From Candidatus Tenderia sp. (lineage in GTDB: Bacteria > Pseudomonadota > Gammaproteobacteria > Tenderiales > Tenderiaceae), in assembly GCA_031416075.1 (NCBI GenBank), contig JANOSY010000090.1:1-64000 (forward strand): a DNA stretch of 64,000 bases. Reading direction: 5' to 3'. The position numbers and the translations under genes were made by a program. The notes beneath the pieces are model-generated. The model made no database searches. It was not told where the DNA came from and saw nothing but the letters and a program-made list of their open reading frames with translations. Positions 11,501 to 19,738 of the stretch are shown here, piece after piece (position 1 is the stretch's first letter; every line of letters begins with the position of its first letter).

Positions 11501-14500
11501 GGTGCCAACGAGACCGCCACCTGGAACATCAGCGGCATGGACAGCGGCACACGCAACACCACCACGACCCTCGCCTTCAGCAGCATTGAAAACATCAGCG
11601 GCGGCAGCGGTGATGACACCTTCACCCTCGGCAACAGCGGCGTAGTCAGCGGCACCCTGGATGGCGGCACTGGCAGCAACCGCCTCAATGGCCGGGCACA
11701 GGGAGACAACGACTGGTTAATCACGGAGACACTGAGCAGCGTCAGCTACGTCTTTGCCTTTCGTAACATGCAGCACCTCTATGGTGGCAATGGTGTAGAT
11801 ACCTTCACCCTCAATGGCACCCTCAACGGCAACATCAGTGGCAGCGTCAACGGTATGGCCGGTGATGACATTTTTAACATCAGCATCGCCATCACCGAGC
11901 AGCTGCTCGGCGGTGAGGGCAACGACACCTTCAACATCAACAGCAATGATCTGAACATCGCCAGCATCGACGGCGGCACGGGCAGCAACACCCTGCGTGG
12001 GGCCAATGAGAGCAGCCGCTGGCAACTGACCGGCAGCAATAACGGCACCCTGATCACCGCGTTCGATGTCAGCGGTCTGGCCCTGAAAGAGATCACCTTT
12101 GCCAACATCAACCGCCTGCAGGGCGGCACGGCGGATGATTGGTTTACGTTGAATAATGTTGCAAGTCTGGAAACACTCACCATCGATGGTGGTGATAACG
12201 GCTTGTTGGGCGATACGGTGGATCTATCAACATTGACGGGCGCACTGCGGATAGTGCTGGGTGGCAGCGGCATCAGCAACATCGAAACGCTGCTGGGCAA
12301 CAGCGATCCCGACACCGTCCTGGTAGGGGAAGAGCGCGACAACAGCTGGCTGATCAACGGCATCAACAGCGGTGCGGTGGGCGGCATGCAGTTCAGCGGC
12401 ATGACCCACCTGCAGGGCGGTGCGGCCAACGACAGCTTCGCCTTTTCAGATACATTGACCGCCCCGTTTGGTGGCAGGATAGACGGCGCTGCCGGTCGTG
12501 ACACCATCAACTACAGCAACCTCAAAGAGGTGGTGGTGACAGTGGGCAACGCCTTTGATACTGGCACCGGCTCCAGGATCAGCAGCATCGAAGGGGTGGT
12601 GGGCGGCCTCGGCAGCACACTCAAGGGCACCGACTATGACTCACTCTGGACTCTGAATAGTGGCGGTGGTAGTGGTGGCACTGTTAAGTACCAGACCATT
12701 GGCAATAACCCGGAGCAGGTGACCCTCTTTTTTGATGGCTTCTCGACACTGCTCGGTGGTGCGGGTAGTGACACCCTTAACTTCAACGTGGCCGGCACCA
12801 TGAATGGCGCACTGCACTTTAATGGTGGTGCGGGCAGCAACAGCGTCCAACTGACCGGCGGTGGCAACGGCTACAGCGAAACTTATCGTGTCAACGATAC
12901 ACAGGGCGAGTTTGCCTTTAGCAGCGGTGATAACCGCTACACCCTGGCCCTGAGCAATGTCACCTCGATCCGTGACGACGTGACCGCCCCCCTGACGGTC
13001 TACGGCACTGCCGCCAACGATACCTTTGTACTCAACAGTGGGACGTTTGCCGTCAATGGCGCACTGCCAGTCCAGTACAGCAATAAAAACAGCATCACCT
13101 TTGATGGGGTGACCGGCGATGCCGATGTGATCACCGTGCAGGTGGACCTGACCCTGCCGGGAACGGTGACCTTCAGCGCCGCCACGGTCACCAGCACGCC
13201 GGGGGCCACCGTCACCGCCGATACCTTGACACTCAACCGGGTGAATGGGGCAGGCACAGCCACCGACCGCCTGCAGAGTGATGTGAAAAATATGCAGCTG
13301 ATCAACAGCGGTGGTCTCTATCTGGAGAACCGGGGCGACCTGAACCTGACACAGCTGAGCACTACAGGCGCGGTGGACCTGCTGGTGAATGGCAATATCA
13401 ACAGCACTGCCCCCCTAGTGGCGGACCATGCACTGACCCTGACCGCCGCAGGCAACATCAGCCTGACTAATGCCACCAATACCCTGCGCGGTCCCCTGGG
13501 ACTGAAAGCAACCACCGGCAAGGTGACCCTGAATAATGGCAGCAATACCACCCTGGCCCGTGTTGACGCCAGGAGCGTGGCACTGGATGTGGCGGGGGAT
13601 CTGGTCAGCAGCGACGGCATCCACGTCACAGGCAATAGCCGCCTCTCAGCCACACAAGCATTGACCATCACCGGCAGCAACGACTTTGCCAGCGTCGAAC
13701 TCACCGCCAACACCATTGAACTGCACGACAGCAACAGCATTGATGTGACCCGCGCACAGGCCAGCCGCAGCATCGCCATCCATGCCGAAGGCACTATTGG
13801 CACCGGCAGCCTGAGCGCACCACAGGTGGCGCTGACCAGCAATGGTGGTCAGATCATCGACACCAACGGCAACGCCGACAACATCATCGCCGACAAAGTG
13901 ATACTGCGCGCCAGCAGCGGCATTGGCCTGACAGATACAGCGGGGCTGATCGATGGACTGGAGACACGGACCGCGATCCTCGACGTCATCAACCAGAACG
14001 GCAATATAGGTATCAACAACCGTGGCAAGGTACAGGTCAACACTCTGGTCACCCAAGGCAACATCGCCTTTAAAAATGAGCAGAGTGTATCGGTAGACAA
14101 AATCGACGCCGGTTATGAGAGCGGCGTTGTGACGATCGATATCAGCAACGGCTCACTGTATGGATATGCTGCCATTCCTACCGAAACCCCCACACAACGC
14201 AGCTACAAAACCACCCCTGACATCATTGCCGACAGGGCAAGCATAAAAGCAACCGGCGACGTAGGTACGCAATATGAACCAGTGAGCGTGAGCATCAACC
14301 GCGAGTTTGCGCTGCTCTCCAACGTCGGCAGTGTTTACTACTACGGTGGCAAGCCTGCCAAGATCATCGATGACTCCAGCATCAAGGTCAGCGTCTTTAA
14401 CGACCTGGTCGGCCTCTCCGGACAGCAACTGATCACGGTAGAGAGCCTGGCAGAGATCGATCCTGCAATTTTTACTAACATTAAAAACTTTAGCTATGGC

Positions 14501-14578
14501 GACATCTCGGTGATGCTGCCCCTTGATCAGCTCTATGATGGAGAGGATGACGAGGAACGTGAAGAGGATGGGGTGTAG
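5549..14578 (+). CDS. Giant filamentous-haemagglutinin-family exoprotein (TPS/haemagglutination-activity N-domain) with RTX-like GGxGxDxF repeats, 3009 aa
   Basis: Signal peptide ending SLYA-GPEGGVV; IDWQGYNV, LVNPNGIFF, GGFAEVSG and LLLDP motifs; many GGxGxDTF repeats; acidic C-terminus. Confidence 0.9.
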   Translation: MSRQKNAMAHTASLGLRVVLVKQVLLLISIFCTSSLYAGPEGGVVTGGAGSISQSGLTTTIQQNSQNMAIDWQGYNVNSNERVQYIQPNSSSLSLNHILSNSASTIRGRIDANGQVILVNPNGIFFTSESVINVGGIIASALDIKTSDFMNRDYLFNEVIGGTGNSDGVVINRGTINAALGGNVALLGKRVENSGLIAANLGSVALAAGKRAVLSFDNAGLLGVSVSEAVLQNELGLDPAVLNSGTIQAQAGQVLLTGSVSQNLFTQAVNSGDIEQARSVVVNSDGSFDLGGGADVVNSGSVDVSNIISTPITDATSAGHIVMLGENITSSGRLNADADRGNGGEIELHSNNTTRLTNNSITTARSSSYGTGGTVTLLGERVGLFDNSQVDASGDTGGGTILVGGDYQGSNPTIKNANYTFVGPDANINADAVTHGDGGKVILWADNSTQFYGDIMARGGSERGNGGFAEVSGKQGLVYQGLANLTAAHGMYGLLLLDPKNITISTDPKIDSFPVPNDYSDFAINRSKTTTLNNKDLSNQLALSSVRLQANNDINITANITKAETTSTTDPLDGGALTLHAGRSITMAAGVAVELDGRDFVAVINHSSADKDHRDTELAHFTMAGGSSIKTNGGNISITTGAKDDIGNFTLQSLNSSGVAGVDNSAGGNAGSITLINNAGSSAGSSSVQGNIIFNAPVTAQGGAGGIGANGGNGGQITITAKNSNNDFGGSNKENITVNADALISANGGNGGTGTANGGGAGAIALTADKTITLNSNIEAQGGGGQGGGVTGNGNAIVLDANTITTEGAREVNATGTTGSTTGNITFARNSTNVNTLNLGGDLTLVAGEGGNVHLRSDINYNGIASGSGTLLLRAGNDINVYGNIGDSNTGSADRLNIILNANSDNSVGGNVTIHKYTNADTTLTTGGGLFNVTGVDYIADSTSSRSVLINTGAGMATLNISGSATLGRMQVAGLSITTAGKDGSNPSIQQGSTNANDTLTVTGAASFTSTASDGKIILSNSNNLQGDINLNSSGGYQGDITLNNSATTTTLNNVSVAGNLTVNANRHLTVKGSVIGKGSDGIDTNPSNPTTTTLALNFGQGGSNSTFTANGAIAAGNINSMGDDIVNITLQGGAGNDTFTLNSSGTLTTLNGGAITLNGASGNDTFNIHTAIAGSVNGGDGDDVFNLNATGLAITSINGNGGDNTLSGAAENTEWLISGSDAGKITTSGNNTVNFSGIKNLTGGSGDDSFTLGSGGSITGTLDGGAGENSLTARDANNVWLVAAVSSISSVDNATRFSNIKTLNGGSGNDAFTLTGAFAGEIHGNGGSNTLQATNSSNSWAIGAVNQLNTTLTFSDIQTVIGGTAVDTFTISDNFGGTLRGGDGNDVFNIAASLTGVLQGEGGDDVFNLNATGLSIASIDGGVGSNTLRGANDLLADWLISGSDAGRLTTTGGGVVNFTNVKHLTGNSAADNFTLGSAGVVTGTLNGGGGANRLSARNSDNVWSVATVGGTSSVNNATSFTNIQTLNGGTGNDTFTLTGAFAGVISGNGGSNTLQATNSTNSWAIGAVNQLNTTLTFSDIQTVIGGTGVDTFTITDNFAGTLNGGDGNDTFNIAASISGQLNGGTGDDSFTLNALGLTIADLIGGGGNDTLRGANEIASWSISGSDAGRLTTTNAGSVNFSGIKNLTGGSAADTFTLGDAGSVTGTVDGGAGSNSLTGRATGNQLWTIITGNSSATYVNRFFNIQTLNSVAGDDTFTLSSDYSGTINGGTGNDTFTLSSLIPSYSGTLNGGAGNDIFNIGTRVTGTLNGGDGNDTFNINAAGLTIATLIGGDGFDILRGNNATATWLISALDSGSITSTLADNITYSGIEHLQGGSGDDTFTLEVAGGVTGSIDGDGGSNTLNGRATGNNLWTIAGNSSAVSNVAEFRNMQRLNGGSGVDTFNISSDFIGTLNGGAGADIFNINATGLNITSLIGGEGLDTLRGANETATWNISGMDSGTRNTTTTLAFSSIENISGGSGDDTFTLGNSGVVSGTLDGGTGSNRLNGRAQGDNDWLITETLSSVSYVFAFRNMQHLYGGNGVDTFTLNGTLNGNISGSVNGMAGDDIFNISIAITEQLLGGEGNDTFNINSNDLNIASIDGGTGSNTLRGANESSRWQLTGSNNGTLITAFDVSGLALKEITFANINRLQGGTADDWFTLNNVASLETLTIDGGDNGLLGDTVDLSTLTGALRIVLGGSGISNIETLLGNSDPDTVLVGEERDNSWLINGINSGAVGGMQFSGMTHLQGGAANDSFAFSDTLTAPFGGRIDGAAGRDTINYSNLKEVVVTVGNAFDTGTGSRISSIEGVVGGLGSTLKGTDYDSLWTLNSGGGSGGTVKYQTIGNNPEQVTLFFDGFSTLLGGAGSDTLNFNVAGTMNGALHFNGGAGSNSVQLTGGGNGYSETYRVNDTQGEFAFSSGDNRYTLALSNVTSIRDDVTAPLTVYGTAANDTFVLNSGTFAVNGALPVQYSNKNSITFDGVTGDADVITVQVDLTLPGTVTFSAATVTSTPGATVTADTLTLNRVNGAGTATDRLQSDVKNMQLINSGGLYLENRGDLNLTQLSTTGAVDLLVNGNINSTAPLVADHALTLTAAGNISLTNATNTLRGPLGLKATTGKVTLNNGSNTTLARVDARSVALDVAGDLVSSDGIHVTGNSRLSATQALTITGSNDFASVELTANTIELHDSNSIDVTRAQASRSIAIHAEGTIGTGSLSAPQVALTSNGGQIIDTNGNADNIIADKVILRASSGIGLTDTAGLIDGLETRTAILDVINQNGNIGINNRGKVQVNTLVTQGNIAFKNEQSVSVDKIDAGYESGVVTIDISNGSLYGYAAIPTETPTQRSYKTTPDIIADRASIKATGDVGTQYEPVSVSINREFALLSNVGSVYYYGGKPAKIIDDSSIKVSVFNDLVGLSGQQLITVESLAEIDPAIFTNIKNFSYGDISVMLPLDQLYDGEDDEEREEDGV
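9485..10305 (+). repeat. Near-identical internal direct repeat (about 150 bp; 9485-9636 and 10154-10305; period 669 bp)
   Basis: TTCACCCTGACCGGTGCGTTTGCCGG...TTCAAACAGTGATCGG occurs twice within the adhesin gene. Confidence 0.85.
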
Positions 14579-14590
14579 GTGATCCGCTGC

Positions 14591-14606
14591 TGGCATAGCA
14601 ATTGCT
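14591..14606 (+). promoter_or_regulatory. Sigma54 (-24/-12) promoter of fliK
   Basis: TGGCATAGCAATTGCT matches TGGCAC-N5-TTGCW, 35 bp before the fliK ATG. Confidence 0.75.
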
Positions 14607-14641
14607 GTTCCTGGTATGTATAAAATCTTACGATCAGATGG

Positions 14642-15868
14642 ATGTTAACTATGCAGCTGAGCCTACAGGCTATTCCTTTAGTATTGAACGCCTCTCCAGC
14701 GGCTGGGGCTGGATCTTCTCTGAAGACACAACCTGTTGATAATGCTGGTGATGTTGTCGGGGCTGACTTCATTGACTCCTTGAAGGAGTCAATTCAGGAG
14801 TTGGCGCGGGGTGAGATTGCGCCACTGTTGGCACTCGATCAGGCCCAGCTGTTGGCAACGGTTGAGCAATATCTTGCTGGCGAGGCGGGGTTGTCGGGCG
14901 GCAAGGGCATGCCGCTTGAGGGTGTGGTTGCCGCTGATGACAGTGCTGAGTTAACGGCGAATCTGCGTGAGTTGATGGAGCGTTTACGGACGCTGTTGTT
15001 GAATGGCCCGTCCGTGGCCCCATCGGTCGCCGAACTGTCGGGGACGGCAGTGGCGACTGCAGTGGTTGACAGTGTGGCGGCCCAGGCATCCTTTGATCAG
15101 CGCCGACTGCTTGAGCGTTTTCAGTCACTGCCCGAGTTGCGGCGCTCAACAGAGGCTGTTGCTTTTGCCCCAGCGCAGCCGACGATCCTTTTGGATAGTC
15201 CTTTGAATAGCGCCTCCCTTACCCAGGGCGATGAGCTTGTATTGCAGTTGGGAAAGATGGCTGAATTGAGTGCGGTCGCCATGCCACTCAAGGAGGGGGC
15301 GTTGTTAGATGCGAAAGGTGCTGGCATTGATTTGAGTTCGTCATTGACAGCCACCACCACGCGCCAGCCGGGTTTATTGACAGGCAGTGCCGAGGCGCGT
15401 CCGGTTTCACCCACCTATATTCATGTGCCGTTAGGTAACACTCAGTGGCAGAGTGAACTTGGCAATCGTGTCACCTGGCTGGCGCGGGCCGGTGGGAATC
15501 AAAGTGCGGAGATACGTCTGAATCCAGCCAATCTTGGGCCGATTGAGGTCAAGATAATGATGAAAGATGACCAGGCCACTATTACCTTTAATGCACAGCA
15601 TGGTGTTGTACGCGACGCTATTGAGGCGAGCCTGCCACGGTTGCGGGAGATGTTTTTGAATAGTGGCATGCAGTTGGCCCAGGCTAATGTTTCAGACCAG
15701 CCATTTCAGGAGTCTCGCCAGCGCCAACAGTCTGAATCGGGGGAGGGTGATGGTCCTTTTCAAGAGTCGAACAGTCAAGCAGATGAGTCTGGTGAGCAGG
15801 CCTCTTCTGTTGCTTTGTCCCAGAGACGTACTACCGAGCTTGTTGAAAGTGTTGACCTGTATGTGTAG
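14642..15868 (+). CDS. fliK: Flagellar hook-length control protein
   Basis: C-terminal AEIRLNPANLGPIEVKI...VRDAIEASLPRLREM domain, ends VDLYV; upstream of fliL. Confidence 0.9.
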   Translation: MLTMQLSLQAIPLVLNASPAAGAGSSLKTQPVDNAGDVVGADFIDSLKESIQELARGEIAPLLALDQAQLLATVEQYLAGEAGLSGGKGMPLEGVVAADDSAELTANLRELMERLRTLLLNGPSVAPSVAELSGTAVATAVVDSVAAQASFDQRRLLERFQSLPELRRSTEAVAFAPAQPTILLDSPLNSASLTQGDELVLQLGKMAELSAVAMPLKEGALLDAKGAGIDLSSSLTATTTRQPGLLTGSAEARPVSPTYIHVPLGNTQWQSELGNRVTWLARAGGNQSAEIRLNPANLGPIEVKIMMKDDQATITFNAQHGVVRDAIEASLPRLREMFLNSGMQLAQANVSDQPFQESRQRQQSESGEGDGPFQESNSQADESGEQASSVALSQRRTTELVESVDLYV

Positions 15869-16188
15869 ACAAACACTGAATAAGCGTGCTTTTACACCCT
15901 TTGTTGGAGGGGGATTGACGTAATGTATTAACCGTTAAGCGCCCTTTGTTCATGGTTCGATAGGTTCACCACGCACAGAGGGCAGACTCAGATAGTCCCA
16001 CCGTTTTTGGAATGCAATTTTTAGCGGTTGCCCACCACTCCTTCTCCTAACTATCAAACCGAACTCCTTCCCCGTTTTACTCCTGCTGTTTCTGTAAAAC
16101 TGACATTTCTACGGCTAAAAAACCGTCAAATATATAACTCATGGTTTTGTTTGTATTTTAACTTATTGAAATATAAATATAAAATCAG

Positions 16189-16204
16189 TGGCACCCTTAT
16201 TGCT
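16189..16204 (+). promoter_or_regulatory. Sigma54 promoter of the fliLMNOPQR-flhB operon
   Basis: TGGCACCCTTATTGCT, consensus match, preceded by an AT-rich tract. Confidence 0.8.
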
Positions 16205-16247
16205 TTGTCTTGGATGTTACAAGTAACCGCTATTTGGAGATAAAGGC

Positions 16248-16766
16248 ATGGCCGCGAAGGGAAAACCGAAAGAAGAAGCCGCTGAGAAACCAGCCGGTGG
16301 TGGAAAGAAAAAGATGATCATCATGATTGCGGTGATTGTACTGGTTCTTGGTGGAGGCACAGTGGGTACGCTTTTTTTTACCGGGATGTTGGGCGGTGGT
16401 GCAGATAAAAAAGAGGACGCTGCAAAACATGAGGCACCGGCTGCTCATGATCCTATCTATTTTGCTTTCGAAAAACCGATTGTTGTCAATTTTGAGACGG
16501 AATCAGGGTTACGTTTTTTACAGGTTGGGGTAGAGCTGATGTCTTATGATCCGCTGGCTATTGAAGCGGTGAAGACACATATGCCTGTGATAAAAAACAA
16601 CGTAATTTTAATGTTTAGCAATCAGAGTTTTGAAGGATTGGCTGGCCGTGATGGCAAAGACAAACTACGTGAGCAGACGCTTAAAGAGATACAGGCAGTG
16701 ATGGAAAAATACTTTGGTAAGCCTGGTGTTGAAGAGGTTTATTTCACCAGCTTTGTTATGCAATAG
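16248..16766 (+). CDS. fliL: Flagellar basal body protein FliL
   Basis: N-terminal TM helix, VVNF...RFLQV, VEEVYFTSFVMQ. Confidence 0.95.
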   Translation: MAAKGKPKEEAAEKPAGGGKKKMIIMIAVIVLVLGGGTVGTLFFTGMLGGGADKKEDAAKHEAPAAHDPIYFAFEKPIVVNFETESGLRFLQVGVELMSYDPLAIEAVKTHMPVIKNNVILMFSNQSFEGLAGRDGKDKLREQTLKEIQAVMEKYFGKPGVEEVYFTSFVMQ

Positions 16767-16810
16767 AGCTGTTCTATATTCCAATGAGTCCTTCTACTAA
16801 AGGGTGATGT

Positions 16811-17812
16811 ATGTCGGTTAGTGATCTCTTATCCCAAGATGAAATTGATGCGCTCCTCCATGGCGTAGATGGTGGTGATGTTGGGGTGGAAGAGGATATT
16901 TTTGATGGTGAGGCCCGTTCATACGACTTCACCAGTCAGGATAGGATTGTTCGTGGCAGGATGCCGACTCTGGAGATGATTAATGAGCGGTTTGCACGCT
17001 ATTTCAGGACTAGTCTATTTAATATGTTAAGACGGTCGCCAGAGATATCTGTGGGTGGTGTACAGATGCTCAAATTTGCAGAGTATGTCCATAGTCTGTT
17101 TGTTCCTACCAGCTTAAATCTTGTCAATGTTCGTCCAATGCGTGGCACGGGACTGATAGTGTTTGATCCAAAACTGGTATTCATTATTGTCGACAATTAT
17201 TTTGGTGGAAGTGGCAAGTTTTATAACAAGATAGAGGGCCGTGAGTTTACTCAGACAGAATCCAGAATTATTGAGTTGATGCTGCAAAAAGTATTTGTTG
17301 ATATGCAGGAGGCGTGGTCTCCGGTCATGGAGGTGGAATACGCCTACCAGAGTTCAGAGGTGAATCCACATTTTGCCAATATCGTTAGTCCGACCGAGGT
17401 GGTTGTGATTAGCACTTTTCATATTGAGCTTGAGGGTGGCGGTGGAGATCTTCATGTCACCATTCCTTATTCAATGCTGGAACCTATTCGAGAGTTGCTT
17501 GATGCAGGGACAGTCAGTGACCGCACTGAGACAGATGAGCGGTGGACTACATCTTTGAAAGAGGATATCAAAACTGCTGATATTCATCTTAAAAGCACAT
17601 TGATTGATGTTGAAGTCACTCTTGAAGATGTCCTTGGAATGAAAAAAGGGGATGTCATTCCGTTTGAGTTTCCAGAGATGATCTCATTAACAACTGAAGA
17701 TGATGTGCCAATTTTTCGCGGTAAATTTGGTGTTTCCCACGGCTTTAATGCGATTAAAGTTATTGAGCTTGTTCAGAAAAGATTGCCTGTCGTAGCTAAG
17801 TTAGGAGTGTGA
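16811..17812 (+). CDS. fliM: Flagellar motor switch protein FliM
   Basis: LLSQDEIDALL, DRIVRGRMPTLEMINERFAR. Confidence 0.97.
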   Translation: MSVSDLLSQDEIDALLHGVDGGDVGVEEDIFDGEARSYDFTSQDRIVRGRMPTLEMINERFARYFRTSLFNMLRRSPEISVGGVQMLKFAEYVHSLFVPTSLNLVNVRPMRGTGLIVFDPKLVFIIVDNYFGGSGKFYNKIEGREFTQTESRIIELMLQKVFVDMQEAWSPVMEVEYAYQSSEVNPHFANIVSPTEVVVISTFHIELEGGGGDLHVTIPYSMLEPIRELLDAGTVSDRTETDERWTTSLKEDIKTADIHLKSTLIDVEVTLEDVLGMKKGDVIPFEFPEMISLTTEDDVPIFRGKFGVSHGFNAIKVIELVQKRLPVVAKLGV

Positions 17813-17814
17813 AA

Positions 17815-18216
17815 ATGAGTGATGAGATTGATGACGTAGATGCAGGTGACGATTGGGCTGCGGCATTGGCTGAGCAAGATGAGAGCGAAAACAAGGCTGT
17901 TGAGACTGCCAAGTTTGATGAATTCTCAGAGAGCAAAGGGAAGTATGTAGAGGGGAATGAGAATCTTGATATGATTCTTGATATCCCTGTAAACATCTCA
18001 ATGGAGATTGGTCGCACCAAGATAAGTATTCGTAATTTATTGCAGTTAAACCAGGGTTCTGTAGTAGAACTTGACAGATTGGCAGGAGAGCCAATGGATG
18101 TGCTGGTAAATGGAACATTGATTGCTCATGGTGAGGTGGTGGTTGTTAATGAGAAATTTGGCATTCGCCTGACGGATGTTATTAGCGCCCAAGAAAGAAT
18201 AAAGAAGCTCAGATAG
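17815..18216 (+). CDS. fliN: Flagellar motor switch protein FliN
   Basis: DDWAAALAEQ, LDIPVNISMEIG, GEVVVVNEKFGIRLT; AGGAG before ATG 17815. Confidence 0.97.
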   Translation: MSDEIDDVDAGDDWAAALAEQDESENKAVETAKFDEFSESKGKYVEGNENLDMILDIPVNISMEIGRTKISIRNLLQLNQGSVVELDRLAGEPMDVLVNGTLIAHGEVVVVNEKFGIRLTDVISAQERIKKLR

Positions 18217-18234
18217 CGATACTGGAGAGCGGTA

Positions 18235-18699
18235 ATGAATGGTAAAGGAATATCGATAAAAATCAATTTGAAATTTTCTATGTTATTGCTAATGACGTTA
18301 CTATTTTCTGGAATCTCTTGGGCGGCAGACCCTGTTGCCTCTTCACAATCGGCAATTGTTTACTCACCTGTTAACCAGGTAATAAAGATGGTCATTGGCC
18401 TGATGATTGTGTTGGGTATGATATTTGCGTTGGCGTGGGTAGCAAAAAATCACATGGGTTTTAATGCGTCATCCAATTCTGAGTTGAAACCACTGGCGGG
18501 GGTTTTGGTTGGGCAAAAGGAGCGTGTTGTTCTGGTCAAGGTAGGTGACAGACAGATTCTCATTGGTGTTGCACCAGGGCAGATAAACCTTTTACATGTT
18601 ATTGAAAAAGGGGATGAGGTTGTGATTAATAATGAGCCATCATTGAGCCCGTTTGCTGAAAAACTTAAACGAAGCCTAGGACGGTTTGATAAGTCATGA
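18235..18699 (+). CDS. fliO: Flagellar biosynthesis protein FliO
   Basis: TM helix then [13 protein letters not shown]...[13 protein letters not shown]; between fliN and fliP. Confidence 0.9.
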   Translation: MNGKGISIKINLKFSMLLLMTLLFSGISWAADPVASSQSAIVYSPVNQVIKMVIGLMIVLGMIFALAWVAKNHMGFNASSNSELKPLAGVLVGQKERVVLVKVGDRQILIGVAPGQINLLHVIEKGDEVVINNEPSLSPFAEKLKRSLGRFDKS

Positions 18700-19442
18700 A
18701 AACTCTATCTATTCTAATATTTTTTATGTTTTACAGCATGGGTTCTATGGCGTCAGCAGCTGGCATAGATGCGCTTACAATGACCACTAATGCCAATGGG
18801 AGTGAGACATATACATTGAGTATTCAAGTGTTGTTGCTCATGACAATGATGGCATTTTTACCAGCAGCGCTTTTAATGATGACCTGTTTTACCCGTATTG
18901 TGATTGTGTTGGCTCTGTTGCGACAGGCTATCGGTACGATGTCAACACCGACAAATCAGATAATTATTGGTCTCGGACTTTTTTTGACGTTTTTTATTAT
19001 GGCACCGGTCTTTGATCGGGTGTATGACGAGGCGGCAAAACCCTATATGGATGGGGCAATGGAGGGTGATGTCGCACTTAAAATGGCACAGGTTCCCTTT
19101 AAGAGATTTATGATGGATCAGGTACGTGATACTGATCTGTCTCTTTTTGTAGATCTTTCCGGTGTGACTATTGATGAAGCTAACCTTGATTCTATTCCTC
19201 TGACAGTTCTTGTTCCTGCCTACGTAACAAGTGAGTTAAAGACAGCTTTCCAGATAGGGTTTATTATTTTTATACCCTTTTTAATTATTGATCTGGTCGT
19301 TGCCAGCGTACTTATGGCGATGGGCATGATGATGTTATCACCATTAATTGTTTCATTGCCCTTTAAAATCATGCTGTTTGTTTTGGTGGATGGCTGGGTT
19401 CTTGTTATTGGCACATTGGCATCCAGCTTTTACGTTACATAA
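18696..19442 (+). CDS. fliP: Flagellar export gate protein FliP
   Basis: [36 protein letters not shown]. Confidence 0.97.
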   Translation: MKTLSILIFFMFYSMGSMASAAGIDALTMTTNANGSETYTLSIQVLLLMTMMAFLPAALLMMTCFTRIVIVLALLRQAIGTMSTPTNQIIIGLGLFLTFFIMAPVFDRVYDEAAKPYMDGAMEGDVALKMAQVPFKRFMMDQVRDTDLSLFVDLSGVTIDEANLDSIPLTVLVPAYVTSELKTAFQIGFIIFIPFLIIDLVVASVLMAMGMMMLSPLIVSLPFKIMLFVLVDGWVLVIGTLASSFYVT

Positions 19443-19453
19443 GGAGGAGCGCC

Positions 19454-19723
19454 ATGACCGAAGAGGTGGTATTGGATATTGGCCGAAATGCTATCCAGCT
19501 TGTTATTGTTCTGGTATCTGTTCTGTTGTTACCGGCATTGGCGGTGGGCTTGTTGGTAAGTGTTTTTCAGGCCGCTACGCAGATTAATGAACAGACGCTC
19601 AGTTTTATCCCGAAATTACTGGTTACATTTTTTGTCCTGATTATTGCAGGACCCTGGATATTAAATCTCCTGGTGAATTATATGAGGGCGCTTATTAATG
19701 ACATTCCCGGGTTGATTGGTTAG
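19454..19723 (+). CDS. fliQ: Flagellar export gate protein FliQ
   Basis: FQAATQINEQTLSFIPK. Confidence 0.97.
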   Translation: MTEEVVLDIGRNAIQLVIVLVSVLLLPALAVGLLVSVFQAATQINEQTLSFIPKLLVTFFVLIIAGPWILNLLVNYMRALINDIPGLIG

Positions 19724-19738
19724 CGCCGGGTTGTTTCT

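Noticed and set aside
463-12527. Diversity-generating retroelement (TR/VR-like pair of similar sequences in AAC-rich DNA)
   Set aside because: No reverse transcriptase in the window; the duplicate is over 1 kb and differs by indels and substitutions not confined to adenines.
8900-12900. CRISPR array or non-coding tandem repeat
   Set aside because: Repeats are in-frame, degenerate protein repeats without constant repeat/unique spacer structure; no cas genes.
6007-14596. Many long minus-strand ORFs over the adhesin gene
   Set aside because: Shadow ORFs produced by repetitive Gly/Asn/Thr/Ser codon usage; no recognisable motifs.
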